Below, piece after piece: positions 20,421 to 30,449 of a stretch of 64,000 bases of DNA. The first letter of the stretch is position 1. Each line of letters opens with the position of its first letter. The position numbers were made by a program, and so were the translations under genes. The stretch is taken from the NCBI GenBank assembly GCA_035250975.1, contig DATFEP010000004.1, positions 1 through 64,000 of the forward strand, in the 5' to 3' direction. The notes below the pieces were generated by a model. The model searched no databases. It worked only from the letters and a program-made list of their open reading frames with translations, and was not told where the DNA came from. The DNA is from Nitrososphaeraceae archaeon. GTDB taxonomy: Archaea; Thermoproteota; Nitrososphaeria; Nitrososphaerales; Nitrososphaeraceae.

Positions 20421-21962
20421 TTATTCTCTATTCCACATCTTTTCAAAAGAGCTACGCGATTTCATTCCTTTCCCAAACAACGTATTTAGTAGCCCCTTAC
20501 TTTTAGTCTGATTTTCATATGATAATTGGTCCTTTGGAATTGAACCATCCTCTAAGGATTTTTGCTCATCTGACTTTATTTTCTCTCTAATAGGAATAGT
20601 TGGAGGAGGAGGATTGTTAGCATTAAATCTACCATGTCTATATATATGGAACATTCCTGCGAAGACCAACATGATAATGCCTATTAAAAATAGTGAGATA
20701 TTTTTCATACCATTTAGAAGAGCATAATATGCTGCAATATTTAGATAAATTTGGAAGCCAATGAGTGCAACGAACACATAATAGATCCATTTTTCCGGCA
20801 GGGTTATTGTTCCCTCTGATTTCTTTGGTTGTTTTTTAGCATTGGCCTCAGCATTTTTTACCAACTTTATCATCAAATATGTAAATCCAAAAGAGAGAGG
20901 AACCAAGGCGATCATTACACTATAAAGAAATATAGGATCTATAACCAATCTTTCAAGAAGAGATTTGGTTCTGTCCGGATCTATGTAAAATCCCCAATAA
21001 GTTGTAACAACTATTTGAGCAATACTTGTTATGCCTATTGCGGTAATAATAGGTCTATCTTTCCATGAAAATTTTTTGTACCTATCAATAAAAGGTATTA
21101 TCAATAGAGTAAATATAAACAACCCTGGCCAAGCAACCCCTGTAACGAATTTATCATATTGTGACCTTAGAAATGCATATAGGCCAGTTAGATACCACTC
21201 AGGAACAGTAATTCCTGGCGGGACGTTAGGATCGAACTTTAACCCCATATCAACAGGAAATACACCGCCTGTTATCATTACTGCCCCAGATAACGCCATC
21301 ACCATTGGAACATCAAACACCATAAAACGAGGAAAGTGAAGAGCCATAAGCCCGATCAACACAATAGGCAGAAAAAACACATGGAACGCATAAAAACGCA
21401 ATATAAAATCATGAAAGCCAGATCCAAAAAATGCAGCCCGCATGTCAGGACCAAGAATGGGGATAGAATTAGTCAAAGATGCAGCAATTGAAATAGCAAG
21501 TTCCGCTCTTTCGCTAAAAATTATATCGTAGCCTGTAAATGCTTCAAGAATAGTAAGAACACCAATGAGAATACCTGTTACCCATAAAATTTCGTTTCTA
21601 ATCTTATATCTTCCACTAAAGTATTGATAGTACATATGAAGAATTGCCATCATTACCATTGCATTAGAAGCATGATAGTGAATATTTCTCATATGAAAGC
21701 CATATGGAATTGTATCATTGATATTTTCAACACTATCCCACGCCCTATCCAGAATGGGTTCATACCATAGCATCAGAAATGCACCAGTAATACCCAATAT
21801 AATAAAAAGAACAAAAGTAAGCATACCAAGGAAACCAAGTGGACTCACAAACCGAGTTGGAATAGTAAATTTCATTCCCATGAATATTGTTCTGTCTAAT
21901 CCAGCATAAATCCATCTGAATAGTCGAACAAGACTATTTTCGTTATGTAATGAAGCGTCCAA
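20421..21962 (-). CDS. petB: Cytochrome b of the Rieske/cyt b complex
   Basis: Heme His pairs NIHYH...ILHM and FHVF...ALH; PEWY motif. Confidence 0.95.
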   Translation of the reverse strand: MDASLHNENSLVRLFRWIYAGLDRTIFMGMKFTIPTRFVSPLGFLGMLTFVLFIILGITGAFLMLWYEPILDRAWDSVENINDTIPYGFHMRNIHYHASNAMVMMAILHMYYQYFSGRYKIRNEILWVTGILIGVLTILEAFTGYDIIFSERAELAISIAASLTNSIPILGPDMRAAFFGSGFHDFILRFYAFHVFFLPIVLIGLMALHFPRFMVFDVPMVMALSGAVMITGGVFPVDMGLKFDPNVPPGITVPEWYLTGLYAFLRSQYDKFVTGVAWPGLFIFTLLIIPFIDRYKKFSWKDRPIITAIGITSIAQIVVTTYWGFYIDPDRTKSLLERLVIDPIFLYSVMIALVPLSFGFTYLMIKLVKNAEANAKKQPKKSEGTITLPEKWIYYVFVALIGFQIYLNIAAYYALLNGMKNISLFLIGIIMLVFAGMFHIYRHGRFNANNPPPPTIPIREKIKSDEQKSLEDGSIPKDQLSYENQTKSKGLLNTLFGKGMKSRSSFEKMWNRE

Positions 21963-22554
21963 ATCCTACTACCCCATTGCCATTAACACTCCAATTAGGA
22001 GGAAGAATCCAAAGATTTCCGTCTTTGTCTACTTCCAAATCCAAACTCGGAAGTACGTTTGAAGGAGGAGATTGTAAAGCAGCAGGACCCGCAAACGCCT
22101 TTCCAGTTAAAGGGTCATATAAGCTTCCGTGACAGGGACATTCTCCTCTTTTTCTTCCTTCACCTGGCCAGTATTTCCATAAACACCACAAATGTAAACA
22201 AACCATACTATAGACCCTAAATGCAGACGCGTCATTTTTGTCTCCTCCCAACTCAGATGGAAGGCGGATGAATTGCCATGTCCTAAAAGCTTCTTCATTT
22301 AATACTGGATCATCAGATTTTGGATAGATAATAGCTTCAGAATGGTTTACCTTAAAGCTTTTTACATTAGCTTGCGAACCATCAGGTAGCTCAACCTTTC
22401 CTCTTTCATTTGCTGAACCAGCGGGGTTAGGCAGAAACTTACCCCAATCAATAAATGGTGTAAAAGTCACGACAGTTCCCGCCGCAGCCAATAATTTCAA
22501 GAAATCTCTTCTTGAAACCTTATCACCACCGCTTGATGCGGGCTGTCCAGACAT
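21943..22554 (-). CDS. petC: Rieske 2Fe-2S protein with Tat signal
   Basis: SRRDFLK Tat motif; CLHLWC and CPCHGS boxes. Confidence 0.95.
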   Translation of the reverse strand: MSGQPASSGGDKVSRRDFLKLLAAAGTVVTFTPFIDWGKFLPNPAGSANERGKVELPDGSQANVKSFKVNHSEAIIYPKSDDPVLNEEAFRTWQFIRLPSELGGDKNDASAFRVYSMVCLHLWCLWKYWPGEGRKRGECPCHGSLYDPLTGKAFAGPAALQSPPSNVLPSLDLEVDKDGNLWILPPNWSVNGNGVVGFGRFIT

Positions 22555-23079
22555 TAATATAGCAGATGAAAAAATATTTTATAAACCTTTGTGCAATTAT
22601 CGTAATTTTATATACACCTATTCGCTGGTTATTTGAGAGGATGTAATAGTTTAATAAATAAAATTTGTCACTATTATATTATATCTTACGACTAAATTTT
22701 ATATGTATTTGATTGCCATGGGACTGTTCATTATTTTTACTGTCGTTATATTAGATATCTATTATAGCAACTTCTACGGCGCACTTATTAAAAACCCTTC
22801 TTCTAGGTGAATTTCATTGACTAAATTAACACTTTATATTTATAAAAAATTTATGACGAGATTTGTATTATTGGATATTCCATCAATAGTCGATTCAGTA
22901 GCAAATGAAAAAGTAATCACTCTAGATAACTATTACAAAGGATTCAATGTGAATAGTAATTTAAAATACGCAAGTTCTAACCAATATTTTTTTACAATTA
23001 TATTTTGTCATCTCATCATTTTCAACAAAGTTCAAAATTCTAATAATGATGGATATAGATCTCGAAATCCTAATAAATA

Positions 23080-23575
23080 TTAGGTATTTAATACCTGTTT
23101 CAAAGCTCACTGTTCCTAACACAATTAACAAACCTATTATAGACATATTATAAGGGACTCGTCAAGTGAAATGTTGAAAGAGGATATCTAAATATACATG
23201 TAATAGTTGAAATCAAAAAAAGATAATTCTATCGTTAAAAAAGACTAATAAGCAAGTACATGACGGAAAAGTAACACCAGAACTGATAAATGATATTACG
23301 AAAAAAGAATAACAAGATAATAATAGATACTGCCATTAAGGATGGCTCCTATGATAATAAAAGAATTTTCAATTTTCTATCATTTAACGGTATAAAACCA
23401 GCAATAATAGAGGTAAGAAAGAATTTGAGCGGTGGAATGACCAATTACTATCTAAGAAACAGGACTGCAAAGATGAGTAAAATGTGACCCTGATAAATGG
23501 AAGGATGGCGTTAGCTATGGTTAGAGATAAGTGTCGGAAACTATATTTTCGTCTATTAATAAAGCAAATAAATAA
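23080..23575 (+). pseudogene. Decayed IS5-family transposase remnant
   Basis: Fragments RGYLNIHV, VHDGKV, DGSYDNKRIFNFLSFNGIKPA, KWKDGVSYG*R*VSETIFSSI resemble archaeal IS5 transposases (DGAYD; YGxRWxxETxFS); stops and frameshifts. Confidence 0.75.
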
Positions 23576-23580
23576 TTCTA

Positions 23581-24681
23581 ATGTATCCAATTCATTCCAT
23601 ATTGAAAAAGCGAGATAAAATTGCGGTACTTGCTATTACAAAAAACGGTATTACGATTTCCAAATTGATAAAAAAAAATATTCCTGATGCTTCGATATAT
23701 GCACCTGAAAAATTTCATTCTGATAATAATCACACCAGTATTATATGGTTCAAGGAACCTGTATCTAAACTAATTGTAGATCTATTTAAATCCAATGAAG
23801 CATTGATATGTATTTTTTCACTAGGGGCTGTTATACGTCTGATATCGAATTTATTGGTAGATAAAAAAAGTGATCCTGCGGTACTTGTGATAGATGATAA
23901 ATCCAATTTCGTAATAAGTACCCTATCAGGTCATCTTGGAGGCGCAAATGCACTGACACGAAATATTGCATCTTTTCTAAATTGCACTCCTGTCATAACG
24001 ACTGCAGCAGATGTCAATAAAACAATATCTGTAGATCTGCTCGGAAAAGAGTTAGGATGGAATATAGAAAATTTTGAAAATGTAACGAAAATCAGTGCAT
24101 TAATGGTAAATAAAGAGAAAATAGCAATTTTCCAGAATTCTGGAGAAAGAAACTGGTGGGATATGAATAACCTTCCAGACAACGTAACCATTGTAGGTAG
24201 TCTTGAAGCCATTCATGATAATTCCTTCAAAGGAGGTCTGATTATTTCGGACAAAATAATTTCAGACACTAATATCTTATCAAAATCAGTGATATATAGA
24301 CCAAAAACTCTTGTGGTTGGAGTTGGGATTCATTGGAATATAACAAAAGATGAAATAATGGAAGGACTATCATATATACTTCAAGAAAATTCGTTAAGTT
24401 TTTCTTGTATCAAAGCAATTACCTCAATTAAGAAGAAAGTCGATGTTAAAGGTTTGAGAGAGTTCTGCGAAGAAAATAATATTCCACTTTATCTCTATTC
24501 TAAAGACGAACTAGCAAGGATTGATGTTCCAAATCCTTCCGAGATAGTACAAAAATATGAGGGAGTGGCAAGTGTTTCTGAGGCTTCATCTTTATTGTAT
24601 TCTCATGGAACGCTTGAAGTACAGAAGCAAAAATTTCCACCTAATTTGACTATAGCTATATCGAAACTGGGTTTTGAGTAA
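23581..24681 (+). CDS. cbiG: Cobalt-precorrin-5A hydrolase
   Basis: DKKSDPAVLVID, LSGHLGGAN, PVITTA, SVSEAS. Confidence 0.93.
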   Translation: MYPIHSILKKRDKIAVLAITKNGITISKLIKKNIPDASIYAPEKFHSDNNHTSIIWFKEPVSKLIVDLFKSNEALICIFSLGAVIRLISNLLVDKKSDPAVLVIDDKSNFVISTLSGHLGGANALTRNIASFLNCTPVITTAADVNKTISVDLLGKELGWNIENFENVTKISALMVNKEKIAIFQNSGERNWWDMNNLPDNVTIVGSLEAIHDNSFKGGLIISDKIISDTNILSKSVIYRPKTLVVGVGIHWNITKDEIMEGLSYILQENSLSFSCIKAITSIKKKVDVKGLREFCEENNIPLYLYSKDELARIDVPNPSEIVQKYEGVASVSEASSLLYSHGTLEVQKQKFPPNLTIAISKLGFE

Positions 24682-24683
24682 AA

Positions 24684-25442
24684 ATGCGTAAAGCTCTTTT
24701 AATAATTGACAGAGGAAGCAAGGAAAAGGAAGTAAGATTGGAGTTAGATCAGATATCTAAAATTGTAAAGGAGAAAGGGAATTATCATTATACGAATTAT
24801 TGTTTTTTAGAGGTTGTTCCACCTTTTATTGAAGAGGGCATCAGACGATGCGTAGATCAAAAAGTAGATTTTATCACCGTAATGCCTTATTTTTTATATC
24901 CTGGCATGAAACTAAAGGAATCTGTAAAACAAAGTGCCATTATATGTAAAAGGCTGCGATTAAAGCTCGTTATTACCAAACCCTTGAGTTATTCTGATAG
25001 GCTCTCTTCTATCATTGTCAATAGGATTGAGAAATTAAAACAGGATAAAAAAATTTTCCATATTAATTCTGACTGCGATGTTTTGGTAATAGGACACGGA
25101 AGTTCAGATAAACGAGCAAGAGAAGCTTTCATTTTCACGGTAGACAAAATAAAAAAAATTTATCGAAATGTAAAATTCTGTTTCTTAGAACTTGACCTGC
25201 CGAACATAGAACAGGCACTCTCATCACTGATTAAAACAAATCCTAAAGTTATTTTGGTAATGCCCTATTTTCTACATAAAGGAATACATATAAAAAGTGA
25301 TGTCAAAAAACAAATAAAAGAAGTGCTTAAGAAATATCCTTGTTTTGAAGTACATATTTCAGATCATATCGGTGTTGATGAAAATATGATAAACATTTTA
25401 TTAGAACGTGCAAGGGAGTCAGAAGATAGAAGAATTGTATGA
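24684..25442 (+). CDS. cbiX: Sirohydrochlorin cobaltochelatase (two-domain CbiX)
   Basis: Duplicated CbiX domains; GHGS, CFLE, MPYFLHKGIH. Confidence 0.88.
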   Translation: MRKALLIIDRGSKEKEVRLELDQISKIVKEKGNYHYTNYCFLEVVPPFIEEGIRRCVDQKVDFITVMPYFLYPGMKLKESVKQSAIICKRLRLKLVITKPLSYSDRLSSIIVNRIEKLKQDKKIFHINSDCDVLVIGHGSSDKRAREAFIFTVDKIKKIYRNVKFCFLELDLPNIEQALSSLIKTNPKVILVMPYFLHKGIHIKSDVKKQIKEVLKKYPCFEVHISDHIGVDENMINILLERARESEDRRIV

Positions 25443-26136
25443 AAGAAGAATAAGAACAGAATCCAAAAATCAGAATGAATCGGCGGAAAATAGGTTGATG
25501 TCCGTTAAATCCTTTGACATTGAAAAGACTAGTTTTAAAATAATAGATGATGAGATTGGAAATCATGGATATGATGAAAGATATGAATGGCCTATAGTTA
25601 GAAGAGTGATACATGCTACGGCTGATTTCGATTTTGCAGGACGAGAAAAATTAATATTCAGTTATAATCCTGTCGCATCTGCTTTTAATGCACTCAAGAA
25701 TGGTTGTAATATAGTCACTGACGTAGAGATGGTTAGATCAGGAATTTCAAAAAATTCCTTGACTCAACTAAATGTAAAATCTTTGTGTAAAATATCTGAT
25801 CCTACCATAATTGAAGAAGCAAAGAAATATAATAAAACTAGAGCAGAGGTGGCTATGAGGATTTCTGCATCAGCTATGAATGGTGGAATAGTTGTTATCG
25901 GCAACGCTCCAACATCATTATATGAAACTATAAAAATGGTCAATGAAGAGATAACAAAACCCAATTTGGTGATTGGAGTTCCAGTTGGTTTTGTTTCCGC
26001 TGTTGAATCAAAAACAGAGCTTTTAAAAACCACAGTTCCTAGTATCACTAATATCGGACGAAAAGGAGGAAGTGCTGTAGCCTCGTCGATTATCAATGCT
26101 TTGTTGCTTTTATATCTGCATAGAAAGAAAGGTTAA
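25408..26136 (+). CDS. cbiC: Cobalt-precorrin-8 methylmutase
   Basis: RRVIHATADF, IGNAPTSL, GVPVGFV, GRKGGS; true start likely downstream (~25498). Confidence 0.93.
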   Translation: MQGSQKIEELYERRIRTESKNQNESAENRLMSVKSFDIEKTSFKIIDDEIGNHGYDERYEWPIVRRVIHATADFDFAGREKLIFSYNPVASAFNALKNGCNIVTDVEMVRSGISKNSLTQLNVKSLCKISDPTIIEEAKKYNKTRAEVAMRISASAMNGGIVVIGNAPTSLYETIKMVNEEITKPNLVIGVPVGFVSAVESKTELLKTTVPSITNIGRKGGSAVASSIINALLLLYLHRKKG

Positions 26137-26715
26137 CACGACAATTACACAAGGAATATGGATGGTATTTTATAGATAATAGAATATTTTTCAGATGTTT
26201 TATGATTAACACTGAAAATAAAGGCATAAGCAATAGTGAAATAATGACGGGCTGGATTACAGCATGTCCTCTAGCTCGTATTCAATTACAACTTCTTATG
26301 CTTAGAGTTAGGCAATTCTTCTAAACAGAACATTTAGTTACCCTTGATTTGGTTGTTAAAATAATTCAAAAGTTCTTAATTGATTTTAAAATTCTATTGG
26401 TTTTTGAATCGACTAATAATCTATAGGATATTACGGAAAATGCAGAGCACAAAGATCATGAACATAAAGTTGTGACTTAAATTTTTTAATAGTAGACAAA
26501 TAGTATAAACAAGAATGCTAATATAACTCAAACAAGTAAAATTAGTTGTATATTATAAAATTAAGAAAAAATAATCCTAATTGGTTATCAAAACAAGCAT
26601 ATGAGTTGTTACAAAACTGTAATGATTTGTGGTAAAACAAGGGATGCACACCAAACCAAAAATTTATTTTTTATCAATCATATTTAATAATGATTAGTCA
26701 CAGATCAAGATTTAA

Positions 26716-27150
26716 TTGAAGGAGATAAAAGCTGAAATAAAAATTCTAGCTTCTGCAGAAAAAGTGTGGAATGTAATGTCAGATTTTCAAAATTATTCTC
26801 AATGGAATCCAATTATTAAAAAGATTACAGGAGAACCAAAGGTTGGAACAAAGATAGGTGTGCACTTGACCACAGTTGGAGGGAAAAATAGAGTATACCA
26901 TCCTAAAGTAATAAAAGTAGAGGCTCCCCACGAAATAAGATGGTATGGTAAGTTTTTTTCATCAGTAATCTTCAGTGGGGAACGGGTATTAACTATAGAT
27001 AAAATTTCAGAAACTGAAGTAAATTTTACTAACAAAGAGATCTTTTCTGGCCTTGGAGTTGAATTTACATCCAAAAAAATGGAGGAAGATATCCTTGCGA
27101 GCTTTGAATCGATGAATAATTCTCTCAAGAAAAAGATCGAATTAACATAA
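26716..27150 (+). CDS. SRPBCC/START-like (polyketide cyclase) family protein
   Basis: ASAEKVWNVMSDFQNYSQWNP...FESMNNSLKKKIE. Confidence 0.85.
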   Translation: MKEIKAEIKILASAEKVWNVMSDFQNYSQWNPIIKKITGEPKVGTKIGVHLTTVGGKNRVYHPKVIKVEAPHEIRWYGKFFSSVIFSGERVLTIDKISETEVNFTNKEIFSGLGVEFTSKKMEEDILASFESMNNSLKKKIELT

Positions 27151-27749
27151 ATAACTGAAATTGCAGTTTCAGATGAGATTTTTATACTGATCCATTGTAT
27201 CTTCTATTCTCAAGAAAATCTTCTATTATCAAGAAAAATTAATGAGATTTTTATTTTATAACTAATTTTTGTTTAACCAAAATGATATTTCATCATAATA
27301 AATATGCTATCCTATGCAACCAGTTTATACAATCTTTCTTATCCATCAAATTTACAACAATGTTACTCTCTTTACCAGCGAACCATTGTATTTCAAGTTT
27401 AACTTACAATATGTCTGTAATAGGTTGGCTAAATGTGTTGGGAATGATGATTAACACAACAAGAGACATGAATTACCCCTTTAGAAATATCTCAAAATTG
27501 ACTGTGATCATCAATCTTATCCTTTGGTGATTGATCTTCATATTAGGTTGAAAAATTATGTTATAATAAACTCGTAGAAAATTTTTTAAAATTAAGACTT
27601 CTACTATCCGGATACACTATAAGAAGCTTAAAACATAAACGGTCATGTCTCTTTTTGCAAAGGGATTGAAGTAAAGAAACAACAATAATCTTCAAATTGC
27701 TACCATTTATACTCATGTATGTAAATAAATTAGTTCTCTTTATTTGGAT

Positions 27750-28784
27750 TTATTTATCTGGATTTATTATCATCGTTTTCAATGTGTCTTTTTTCCGAAA
27801 TATCCGTTCGATGGCTTCTTTTGATTGTTTTATTAAAAATTTATGAGTCACTATTTTTTTCACATTTATTATTTTCTTATCAATCAGTTCGATTGCCTCT
27901 ATTATCTCTTTATTGGATGCTGCATATGTAGTGATGATACTAATTTCCTTGCAATAAATTTCATCAATGTTTAGATCCATTTTCATTTCCATTTGAGGTT
28001 CACCAAATATAAGAATAATACCGCCCTTTCTTATTATTTTGATCGAATCATTTAGGACACTCAAATCTGAAGTTGCGATTATTACCATATCTACAAACTC
28101 TTCACTGCTGGTAGGAATGTTGCTTGCTATTTTCACTTTTTTTGAATTGAAAGATTTTCCTAGATTCAATCTATCATTATATTCAAGTCTATAGTCGTTT
28201 ATATCAACACAGAATATTTTTCGAGCTCCCTTGATCTTAGCTAACATTGCATTTATCATTCCTATCGGACCAATACCGAAAATTAGAATTGTATCGCCTT
28301 CTAGTAAATTTACCTTTTTCCATCCCCTAATACAACATGCTAATGGTTCTATCATTATACCCTCTTCTGGACTTATAGATCCCGATAACCTAAATATGGA
28401 GTCACTTTTCACTATCCACTCTGGAATGACTATTTTTTCAGATATTCCGCAAGGATATAGAGAATCAGTAAATTTCTCGCACATTGTCTCATTTCCTTTA
28501 GTGCAAAAATAACATTCATTGCATGGAGCATGATGGTGGACAAATACTCTTTCTCCTATAGTAAAACCAGCTGTACTGGCATCACTGTCAAATTTTTCTA
28601 GAATTCCAACGACCTCATGTCCCAATTTTGAGGTAGGTTTACACGAATTTCCGAAAACATTTCCTATATCTGACCCACAAATACCACATCCCTCTATTCT
28701 CACTAGCATTTCTCCTTTTTTTGGTACAGGTTCCTCAATATCCTCTAGAAAGAGAGTAGATTCGGAGTAGTTTAGAAATCTCAA
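27750..28784 (-). CDS. Zn-dependent medium-chain alcohol/sugar dehydrogenase
   Basis: GICGSD, GHE, structural Zn CNECYFC...C, GIGPIG. Confidence 0.9.
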   Translation of the reverse strand: MRFLNYSESTLFLEDIEEPVPKKGEMLVRIEGCGICGSDIGNVFGNSCKPTSKLGHEVVGILEKFDSDASTAGFTIGERVFVHHHAPCNECYFCTKGNETMCEKFTDSLYPCGISEKIVIPEWIVKSDSIFRLSGSISPEEGIMIEPLACCIRGWKKVNLLEGDTILIFGIGPIGMINAMLAKIKGARKIFCVDINDYRLEYNDRLNLGKSFNSKKVKIASNIPTSSEEFVDMVIIATSDLSVLNDSIKIIRKGGIILIFGEPQMEMKMDLNIDEIYCKEISIITTYAASNKEIIEAIELIDKKIINVKKIVTHKFLIKQSKEAIERIFRKKDTLKTMIINPDK

Positions 28785-28919
28785 TCTTTTTATGTAAAAA
28801 GTACAAAAAATTTAATAAAAACTATTCTAATTTTTTTTATTGTTAAAGATCAATTCTTTCTAATATTCTTTAAATGACAATAATCAATTTAGCCTAAACT
28901 GTCGTATTATGTAGTTAAA

Positions 28920-30407
28920 TTATCTTTTCAAATAATACCTACATGCATTAACTATTCTCTCTGCATATCTGCTGTTCGAAAAATGTAAATGCATATAAGA
29001 AGCCAACGTATTGTACGTTAAAAGTCCATCCATGTTTGCATAAATGCCGTTACCCTTTGATAACTTGTATATGAATACAGAATCTTTTGGTATGTCTTGA
29101 ATTTTGGAAAAGTGAAATTCGTGTCCTTTAAAAAGTCCCCCTTTTCCATAAATTGATTCTGTTATTATCTCTGCTTTTGTATAATTTAACACAAGCCTTC
29201 TTGTCATCTCTGTTGTTGCATCTATGAGTCCAACCATCTCATATTTTTTGGCTTTTCTTGGATTGTCAGAGACTTCATCCAGATTTTTTTTGGGCTCTTT
29301 TTTATAGGTTTTATTTTTATTGGTTTTACCTCCTTTTTGTTCTAGGGAATTTAATTTTTCTGTTATGGTTTTTGTTAAATACATAAGTCCTCCACATTCT
29401 GCATATATTGGAATTTCTTTCTTTTCTCCTGCCTTCTTGATCTCCTTTAAAATTGAACGGTTTTCTGATAATTGTTTTGACAATATTTCAGGAAAGCCTC
29501 CTCCTATGATGATCCCTCCGATATTTTCAGGCAGTTTTTTATCCTTAATCGGGCTAAAAAAAACAATTTCTACATTGTTTTCCCTTAATCTGTCCAAATT
29601 CTCTCTGTAATAAAAATTAAAAGAACTATCTAAAGCAACTGCTACTTTCAGATCTGGTTTTTTAATATAAATTGGAACTTTATCTATTTGTTGATTATTT
29701 TTGGTAATGTTTAGTAAGTAGATGATTTCATCAATCTTAATACAATCTGCAATAATCTTTGCAGCATCGTATACCTTTTTTCTCTGTTCATCTTCGAGTT
29801 CCGGAACAGGAATTAAACCTAAATGTCGTTCGGACAAAACGAAATCATTATTTCTGTAAATTACTCCAATTATTGGTGCCTTTATTTTGTTGGCAAATGA
29901 ATCTTTAATGAAGGTATAATGTCTTTTACTTGCTACATTATTTAGGATGATCCCTGCGATTTTTATTTTCATATCAAATAGAATATATCCATAAGCCATC
30001 GCGGCAATAGATCTTGCGGCTTTACTGCAATCGATAACCAAAATTACTTGGGATTGCAATATCTTTACCATTTCTGAAGTACTTGCAATATCATTTTTTC
30101 CTCCTGCTCCATCGTACAATCCCATAACACCTTCAATTACAGCAATGTCCGCATTTTTTGTTACTCTCTCAAATGTATCTAAGACTCCTTTCTTTCCCAT
30201 CAACCACGTGTCAAGGTTATAGGAATAATTATCTGTAATTACAGAATGATAAGATGGATCGATAAAATCAGGACCTACCTTGAACGATTGAATTCTATAC
30301 CGCATTTTCTTCAATTTGTATAAAAATCCCAATGTAACAAAAGTCTTACCTACTCCACTTGTAGTTCCTGCCACTGTTATGCTAGGAATCATCAATAATA
30401 TTTGCAA
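28920..30407 (-). CDS. cbiA: Cobyrinate a,c-diamide synthase
   Basis: SGVGKT, FKVGPDFIDP, IEGVMGLYDG, ERHLGL, YAECGGLMYL, GHEFH. Confidence 0.95.
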   Translation of the reverse strand: MQILLMIPSITVAGTTSGVGKTFVTLGFLYKLKKMRYRIQSFKVGPDFIDPSYHSVITDNYSYNLDTWLMGKKGVLDTFERVTKNADIAVIEGVMGLYDGAGGKNDIASTSEMVKILQSQVILVIDCSKAARSIAAMAYGYILFDMKIKIAGIILNNVASKRHYTFIKDSFANKIKAPIIGVIYRNNDFVLSERHLGLIPVPELEDEQRKKVYDAAKIIADCIKIDEIIYLLNITKNNQQIDKVPIYIKKPDLKVAVALDSSFNFYYRENLDRLRENNVEIVFFSPIKDKKLPENIGGIIIGGGFPEILSKQLSENRSILKEIKKAGEKKEIPIYAECGGLMYLTKTITEKLNSLEQKGGKTNKNKTYKKEPKKNLDEVSDNPRKAKKYEMVGLIDATTEMTRRLVLNYTKAEIITESIYGKGGLFKGHEFHFSKIQDIPKDSVFIYKLSKGNGIYANMDGLLTYNTLASYMHLHFSNSRYAERIVNACRYYLKR

Positions 30408-30449
30408 TATTTGCTATTTCAATTTTGTTTTTGCAGTTCTAGGCTAAAA

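Noticed and set aside
22817-23590. Short ORFs 22817, 22961, 23290 and 23384 as real genes
   Set aside because: 23290 is a fragment of the IS5 remnant; the others are overlapping low-complexity frames without motifs.
27200-27530. 19-bp tandem repeat (27200-27237) and 82-aa ORF 27282-27530
   Set aside because: The repeat is short and AT-rich, and the ORF has no recognisable motif; possibly a decayed gene but unsupported.
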